This document shows, one piece after another, positions 55,806 through 64,000 of a stretch of DNA of 64,000 bases (position 1 is the stretch's first letter; the number at the start of each line of letters is the position of its first letter). A program made the translations under genes and the position numbers. This stretch comes from Octopus vulgaris (lineage: Eukaryota). Location: NCBI GenBank assembly GCA_951406725.2, contig OX597815.1:44454001-44518000 (forward strand), given 5' to 3'. The notes below the pieces were generated by a model. It was not told the origin of the DNA and did not search any database. It worked only from the letters and a program-made list of their open reading frames with translations.

Positions 55806-56450
55806 GCCATTGTTCAGTTTTATTTCAAGATTTAGTGCCAATTGAGAAAGAGCCGACTTCTAACCTAGATCCAAGGCCCCTTCATTGGAATTTCAACATC
55901 AACAACAGGATATTTTTGTTTGTATGTATGTATGTATGTATGTATGTATGTATGTATGTATATGTGCAGATTTGTATGTTTTGTTTTATGTATGTATTCT
56001 CATGCATATAGTTGCATATCTAGACATGCTAATGTATATTTAAATGATAAACCTCTGAAAAGTTTCACAGATTTTTACAGTTCCAGTGATGAATTGAATC
56101 TGTAGTCTTCGAATTAGCTTTCACCTTTCTGATTTGAGAAGCCTAATTTCTCAAGATTGGTATTTAAGCAGTGTGTTACATATCCCATGGCGCCAATAAT
56201 TAGAGGTATAAACCTTAACTTGTAATCTGGTTAGAGTAACAGCAGATTTTTCAATAGTTCAGCATCGGTATTCTTCTTTTCACTGATCTTCAGCTTTATG
56301 TTAACACCCGCTGGGCAGCTAATTTCCACGGTTGTACGAAGTTTCTCTTCTCTATCCCAAATCATTATATCAGGTCTATTGTGCTTACATTTTATTTAGG
56401 TCTTCACTGAGATATTTCACCAGTACTCATTTTTTAATTATGAGTGGTTA
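55806..56450 (-). mobile_element. RLE-type (R4/Dong-like) LINE, endonuclease domain plus 3' UTR
   Basis: KHNRPDIMIWDREEK..VEISCP..EKENT..FIPLIIGAMGYV matches a PD-(D/E)xK restriction-like endonuclease; contains stops. Confidence 0.85.
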
Positions 56451-56472
56451 TGGCTCATATATGTATGTATGA

Positions 56473-56529
<57 letters not shown>

Positions 56530-56533
<4 letters not shown>

Positions 56534-56690
56534 CGACAGGCTTCTGCACAGATTTGGACTGCCAAATCAATTCAAAAGCTTTGTCGGCTTGGCACAAAAG
56601 TAGAAGACACTTGCCCACGTTGCCACGGAGGGGGGGGTTGGACCCTAAATCACGTGACTGCAAAGTGAGCTTCCCTGCTTCGCAGTGATT
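56530..56690 (-). mobile_element. SINE A, diverged 5' half
   Basis: atacgacaggcttc..agtagaagacacttgccca. Confidence 0.6.
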
Positions 56691-57167
56691 ACTGCGTTTT
56701 TGGTAAGGAAATAATAAACCAAATAAACACACACAACTCTTTTTATAAAAAATTTAAAAAATTCTGTAGCAACAGCAACAATAACAAAATAGCATAAGAC
56801 AAATAAGAAGCAAAAAACGAAAGAAAGAAAAGAAAAAGCAACTCAGTCATAACTGAATAGCTAACACTTAACTTTAAGTTTCTTCCCATATCTAGGCGAG
56901 AGGGAGAGAGAGAAAGGGAGGATGACAGAGAAAAGAACAGAGAGGAGGAAGAGGAAGCGGAGTGAAAAAGTGTGAGACTACATGAAACTATGAGAGAAAA
57001 TGAAGGGTAGAGAGAGGGAAAGAGTGAAATACAGGGGAAAGAGTGAGAGAGAGAGAAAAAGTGAGAGAGAGGAAAAGAGTGAGAGAGAGGACGACAACGA
57101 GTTGGTTGTCCTTGACAGGAATGGACATCAGCCAAAACCATCATGGATAGAGGTAGCAGCAGCAGCG

Positions 57168-57235
<68 letters not shown>

Positions 57236-57237
57236 TG
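57168..57237. repeat. (GTA)n repeat
   Basis: Direct reading. Confidence 0.95.
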
Positions 57238-58247
57238 TAGTAGACATTAAAAAACCCGGCAACCTCCGAACCCGAGGAGTGCTTGATTTTCAAAAATTGC
57301 GGATTTTTTATGGTTATATATGCTGTATATATTTAACAGAAAATTACTACCTGTACAGTCCTTTCAAGAAAGAAAATTAAACATTAAATGAAAACAAATG
57401 AAATTTTAATGTTCACTAACTAAATAAAATAGTTCTACGGAATTTTAATTCAAATAAATAAAATAGATCATCAGAATTTTAATTTAAAAATCCTCTTAGA
57501 ATTTTAATCATTATTGAACCCTCGAAAAGAGCTAACTAAATAGCAGATGGACTGCCAGGATCATCATCTTCATCACTGACAATGACAACATCCTCAGCAA
57601 CAGGAAGTGGAGGAAATGTTGTTGGTGGTGACAGCACATCTGGTTGACTTGAGTTGATGGCGGTGGATTATCAAATATCGATACTGCTGCTGCTTCCTCC
57701 TGCTTCCTAGCTATTTTCTTGAAAATATCGAGCAGTGTCTGTTGCTTCATATACTTGGGTCTTTCTCTAATAAGTTTATCTTGGAGTAAGTAAACATTCA
57801 TGACTTCTTGGTTCAGTTTCGAACTTTTTCCCTCCGTCATTGACTTCCTTACAAACATTTGCTTTTTTGATCCACTGCCAGAAAAGAACTTTAACATATT
57901 TTCTTTCTGTTTTTTAATATCATACTCTGTTGAAGAGCCAATGTCGTATATATCACAAATGGCTCGCACAGACACGCCGCTATTAAGTTTTTTACAGTAT
58001 TCCACTTTCTCTGCGATTGACAAATCACGATATTTACATTTTACGCAACCTCTTTTCTTTCCTAAATCCATAATGGGGCTATACAACAGCAAATAAATGA
58101 TAAAATGTGAAGGAATGAGCATCAAAACATAAACGGTGCTTCCAGAAAACAGTGGCGTACCAACACGATAAATTTGAAAATGCGAAATTCATGCAGAAAA
58201 TCTGAAGGAACCGGATTTTCGATGGCCGGATTTTCGAATGTCATCTG
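57238..58247 (-). mobile_element. Internally deleted Tigger/pogo (Jerky/CENP-B-like) transposon
   Basis: TIR-like tagtagacattaaaaaacccggcaacc / gatggccggattttcgaatgtcatctg; ORF with psq-type HTH (LSIAEKVE..GVSVRAICDIYDIGSST.YDIKKQK). Confidence 0.8.
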
Positions 58248-58753
58248 CAGTAGTAATTTTTGTTGCCTTTGTTACTGCTGCTGTTGAGTTACCAGTCAGC
58301 TCTCATTGCATAGACTGATCAGGAGTCCCTCCATGGCTATCCCACCTTTTCCCAAGGTGCAGGATAATATGGTTCCGGGGCTTCTAGGTGCATGGAACAC
58401 AGGAACCATTTTATCCGTTTTGCTTTCTTCTTTCAAGATGGCTGCGTGAGATTTGAGAGCCATATTGCTGCTATTTATAGATGTTTGGCTAACCACAGAA
58501 GCCATCTTGTTAGCATGTAGTGTTAGTTGTTGTTGATGTAGGCCAAATGGTTGTTGCTTTGGTAACTCCAAATCAACCTAGATCGCGGTACTTATCACCA
58601 AAAGTGTTCGGGCTCGTGGCTACCCCAGTAAGTTGTATATCAAGGACTAGATTGCTCAGTGTATAGTATTTTGGGTGAATTAGCAACTATTTCTAACAGG
58701 TTCAGCACCTGTGTAAGAAGGCCCCTTGTGATAATTGTAGTTGCTAGATGTCA

Positions 58754-58825
<72 letters not shown>

Positions 58826-59089
58826 CAGAAGTAGTAGTTTCTGTTGTTGTTATTATTGTTGTTTGTGTTGTTGTTTAGCCCCAACTTGGCCCCGATCATA
58901 CAGACGTATCATTGAAAGCATTTAACTATTTCTGCTAAGACGTACACCTGCCTAACGAAAAATTACCTGGAATTTTCTTAATTGTGTCCTCCCCTGATGA
59001 TGAACCATGTCTCTTACAGCCCGCTTCCAAAAGAAAAAAAAAAAACACATTGCCTATGCATGGCTTGGAGACCCTTGTGATAGATGTAC

Positions 59090-60120
59090 TCTGTGCTGTC
59101 GTTGTTCAGATGGGATCAAGCTTGTCAGGCCTACTGACCATCAAATATATGGACCGGTTGGAAAGTAAGGTACTCAACAGCTGTCAATTCTGTGAAATTT
59201 TGCGCCAGATATGCAGATGATGCTTAATACCATCTCGCGAGGAGGCTGTGAAAATATACAGTATGTTTAACAATATCAAGGAAGCATAACGCTGGGAACT
59301 ATTTGTACATTACAATTCATCTTTGCCTTTCAGAGCAAAGATTGCCTACATTAGAAATGAGAGCTATAGGATGCGCAGTAGATGAGACGAGACAGGAAGC
59401 AAAAACACCAACCACATACAATTCCGAAAAGTCCTGATGTAGAATGAGTACCCATACAGTTTAACTAATCGCCAGTACATCACCAGACCAACTAACAAAA
59501 CCCACACGTGTGCTTTCTGAACTGCCACATTTTAACGAACAATAAAAGAAAAGAAAACTACTACAATTTGTCGTAAGATCCATAAAGAGGGATTGAATAT
59601 ATGACTGACACACTCCGGATCTTCCCTGAGGAGTTTCCAATCTGAAGACAGGCTAAGATATTACGTACATTGCTCAACTACCCAATCAAAGATGAAAATA
59701 TATGTGTGCGATCCTACGTGGTGTATTAAATCACGTGTAGCAAATGCAAGCAATTCTACATCGGAAATACCACCAGACAAGTTCACATACGGTTCAAAGA
59801 ACACTTCTCTGCTAATGCTTCTTCTGTCACCTACGGAAATGCTGCATTCAAGACATTCAAGTTTCTATTGAAGCTACGGAAAGAAGCATTGGGTGCTTCA
59901 GCATAAAGGAAACGATTTAACTAACAACTACAACCTCCGAATTAATGACATAAGTGAATTGCATGTGATTAACTGGACACTAAAGTAACACAAAGCACCC
60001 ATTCATACACACACTACAAAGTAGAGGCATAAACCGACAACACTTTTTCTACGTAAATTTCCTGAAGAAGAGATCCCAACCCTGAATCATTGAAATGCCA
60101 GGTAATAAGTGGCCTCACAT
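59090..60120 (+). mobile_element. Degenerate Penelope-like element (RT + GIY-YIG, internally deleted)
   Basis: QMGSSLSGLLTIKYMDRLE..ARYADD; HYNSSLPFRAK; VVY*ITCSKCKQFYIGNTTRQVHIRFKEH at ~59718-59804. Confidence 0.8.
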
Positions 60121-60307
60121 TTAAACAGAAGTTTAAACAGAAGTACTTGATTATTTAAACGAACCTCCACGCTTCTCTTACACCGGTTATTTTGACAGAG
60201 AAGCTGAAGCGTTTGCCACCCTAAGTTGTCTGTATCAATTAGTTTCTTTACTACTAGTATCTTTTACCTGACACCAGCTTTATAATTACTGCTGACGTCC
60301 ATCTTAG

Positions 60308-60520
60308 CTATTTCTTTATTACCCACAAGGGGCTAAACATAGAGGGGACAAACAAGGACGGACATAGGTATTAAGTCGATTACATCGACCCCAGTGCGTA
60401 ACTGGTACTTTATTTATCGACCCCGAAAGGATGAAAGGGAAAGTCGACCTCGGCGGAATTTGAACTCACAATGTAACGACAGACGAAATAAGCATTTCAC
60501 CCAGCGTGCTAACGTTTCTT
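60308..60520 (-). mobile_element. SINE B, near full length
   Basis: Near-identical to 36104-36339. Confidence 0.9.
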
Positions 60521-62419
60521 ACCGTCAAATCTTAGCCTTTACCACTTAGTTTAGTTAGCTCAAGAACTACTGTTTGGGGATGTCTTGCTGGGCTAAAACA
60601 ACTGGAGACTTTTACTCCTACGGTGACTGTATTCAAGGAAAGGTGGAGACAAGCGGTTTTGAGAGAAGTCATTTTAGAGAGGTAAAGTAAATGCGATGGT
60701 GTTGACAGAAATACCATACGAATCAGATTGGGGTAGTAGAAGCACACAAGAGTACTCGACGAATTACATACTTAAGGATAGAGCAATCTCGTATTTGTTA
60801 AAATCATGTAGCAAATGTTATAAAAAGGCGGTCCCAATTCCACAGACTGGAAAATTTATATAGCGTATATTCAATGATAATATCTCATTTTATGATAAAC
60901 ATTGACCACTGAGATTTGGTGTTCTACATCACTCGCCAGTGATCTCCCGCACCTGATAATTTCGACCACATCCGGCAACAGAATTTCTGAGTAGAATAGC
61001 TTGACTGTGAGATCCATACATTTCCTAATGACAGAATCTATATGTCGTCGCTTGATACGCAAGAGATGGGAATCAAGTCTCCCTCAACTTATCAGTACTG
61101 TCTTAAGGCATGGACAAATAGAGCAGTTACCCAGGAGTCCCATTCGTCTAAGGGGCCTTTTCTGAACTATGTATGTTATGGTTTGCTGTCAATTAGTAAA
61201 TACCATAAGGTCCAGTGTACTGATTTGTCCAAGGGTCTATAATGCTACTAAGGCAAACCTGAAAATGATGACCCTTTATTAACACATTTCACGAGTTAAA
61301 TAACAAACTTAAGGATAGAGCAATCTGATCTTTGCAAACAAATAACAGCTATGAAGGCTTGACATATTTCGAGCGATTAGATCTCGTCTGCATAATAGTA
61401 TAAACCAAGTCGCAGATCATTGGATAGATTTATACACATAGAAAACGATTAAGGATATCAGGTTAATATAATTTGATTAATTAAAATAACAAAATGAGCT
61501 ACGGGAAATTACTCATTTAGGAAATTAATTCCCCTTTCTTTGAGAATCGTTAACAATTACAATAAGAATTTCGTTTTCTTTCTTCGTCTGAGACGTAAAT
61601 TTCAATTAATTATGAATTCTTTGCATGCAACATTCAGTACATAACCCTTTAATTTAATTATTGAAATTCTAGTCAATGGGTCATTCGAGTTATCTCACTT
61701 AGCTCATTTCATTTTTAAATATGCGAGTTATACCGATAAATTATTTGTAATTCCTTTACTATATGATCTGCAGCTTTAGTTAGATTTTACTATACTGATG
61801 ATATCTAACAGACTGAAACACATCCAAAGCTGCCACTTCTCTTCAAAGATCAAACAGTCCATTTCCTAAGGATATAAATAAATTAACTTAAACAATTGAA
61901 TTTTCATTTTTTTAAAATTATCTTCCATTTTTGTTTAGTAGTCATTAATAATTACCAACCAGTTTTTTTCCATCTCAAAATTAGAGGGAAATTTCATTTA
62001 AGAGTTGGCTGACAACATTTTATATTCAGCTTTTAACTTTATTAGCGATTCAACCAATTACTTTTCCTGAAGTTCGGTTGTTTCGGCAATCCTCTGCGAT
62101 ACATCATGGTCAATGTGCATCAAGAAATTAATAAAATTTTGTGACGCTCTGCAGGCCAATATACTTTATTGCATATAGTTTACTTTACTCATGATGCGAT
62201 GATGAGTACGAGTCACAAGAGTTTCTATGCATTCAGCGTCTCAGCTAGTTTCTTATAAGCGACTACTAAAAACGTAAAGATAAATTGTATGCACACATGA
62301 ATATGTATACGAGCCCGCCCCAAAAATATGTTTACATGCATGTGCGCACATACATATATACATGCATACATACATACAATACACACACACGTGCACACAC
62401 ACACAAACATACACATACA

Positions 62420-62519
<100 letters not shown>

Positions 62520-63002
62520 CACATACATATACACACACACAAACACATACACTCGTGATTAATAACTGAAATCAAAGTATATGAAACTGAATCAAAAGAC
62601 ACGGTGACTTAACATGAATAAATATGTAATTAAATAGAGCATGAATAATCGCAAAAGTAATTGCTCCTTTTTTATATATCAAATGTGTGTGTGTATGTGT
62701 GTGTGAGTGTTTGTGTATGTGTGTGAGAGTATCTGACTGTGTGTGTGTATGTGTGCGTCTTTGCACGTATGCATATATTTACATTTGAAAGAATGTACGT
62801 CATTAAATAACTATAGTGGCTAGTTAAGGATCTAAGAAACACTCTGTCCGACTGTAATTGTAAAATTTAATTAAAAGAAAGCTTAACAAAGTCTGATTTG
62901 ACAGTTAGGGACTTGAGTTGGAGTAGAGAATAGAATGCCTTATGGTATAAGCTCTTACTCTGAGTTCGAAACCAACTTAGGTATCCTTTGATTTTTAACT
63001 AT

Positions 63003-63033
<31 letters not shown>

Positions 63034-64000
63034 TATATATATATATCCATGGCTTAAGTGCGAGAAACAGCACAGTGTTGAACTAAATCTCCCTATTATA
63101 ATATTGAGCTTCTTACTTCAGATTCAGAGATTAAATGCGTCAAGAGATGATAATACTAGTACTATTACCGGTTATATACTGATTCGCTCGACTATACACT
63201 TCCATTTATAAGAGTCGCTTGTAACAAGTAAACATTTATAGCTAAATTTCATTGAATAAATAATCTTCAACATATTTTACTGTTTAGCATATTCGCGCGC
63301 GCCTCATTTCTCTCAATAACAATTTTTTAATATCCAACAAGGTCTGTATGTTTTTTTTTTTTACTTTAAACTACGCAGGATAAAGATAGTGGAAAACAAG
63401 TGCAAACTACTAGTTTCTAACCTAACATATTCTCCAGAACACATGTTGGATCTTTCATACAAAAATGTAGAACCAATAATTGATTTATTTTATTTTATGT
63501 TACAATTTATAATTAACAACGTTGTTACTTACAGGGTTCCAAAGAGCTAATCACTGGTCCACCACATTTTTTATGTACTGTTATAAATTGGCGCGTATGT
63601 AAACATGGAGGCATACACAACTAAACGCACCGAATAAATATGAATATATTCATAAACACCCAGTTTCTGAAAAAAGAAACATGTGTGAAAAATTAGCTGC
63701 AAAAAATATTAGCAGCCAAATGCGTTTTCTAATACTGTGAAATATTGCTACAAGAAGAATATTAACTGGTAATTATGAAGTTTATATTAGATATTGTAGT
63801 CTCAAAGGATAATTTTGTATTTGAACTTACAATAAAGAAATGAGTTAAATAGGCCCAAAGTGCAAATATATGGCGGAAATAATTAGTTATTAAATATCTC
63901 TACTGTAAGAAGAAAAATAGCGTGTATAAAAATATAAAACAATTGTTCTTGCTATCAGCCAGTTCAGTTCTGACGTATTCTGAGACATATTTATTATATG

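Overview
AT-rich eukaryotic intronic or intergenic DNA. The tRNA-derived SINE families and the extreme (TA)n/(TATG)n/(AGAT)n load suggest an octopus or other coleoid cephalopod; this is pattern recognition, not a database result. No host protein-coding gene is supported, and most track ORFs are translated microsatellites. The window is mostly transposable elements and relics: (i) three abundant tRNA-head SINE families, called A, B and C here, plus older ones; (ii) at least four Penelope-like elements (PLEs; RT and/or GIY-YIG) with scattered pseudo-LTRs (pLTRs) carrying minimal hammerhead-like motifs; (iii) a full-length frameshifted mariner, two maT-type elements, a deleted Tigger/pogo and hAT-type MITEs; (iv) non-autonomous Helitrons; (v) RTE, Tx1/L1, CR1/L2-like and RLE (R4/Dong-like) LINE fragments. 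The most notable signals are: one SINE head carried with four unrelated 3' tails; foldback elements with hammerhead-like cores on both strands; a foldback with tRNA-like Pol III heads in both arms nested in an RTE relic; RLE-LINE 3' ends that run into (CATA)n repeats; and a Helitron with three stacked 5' termini.
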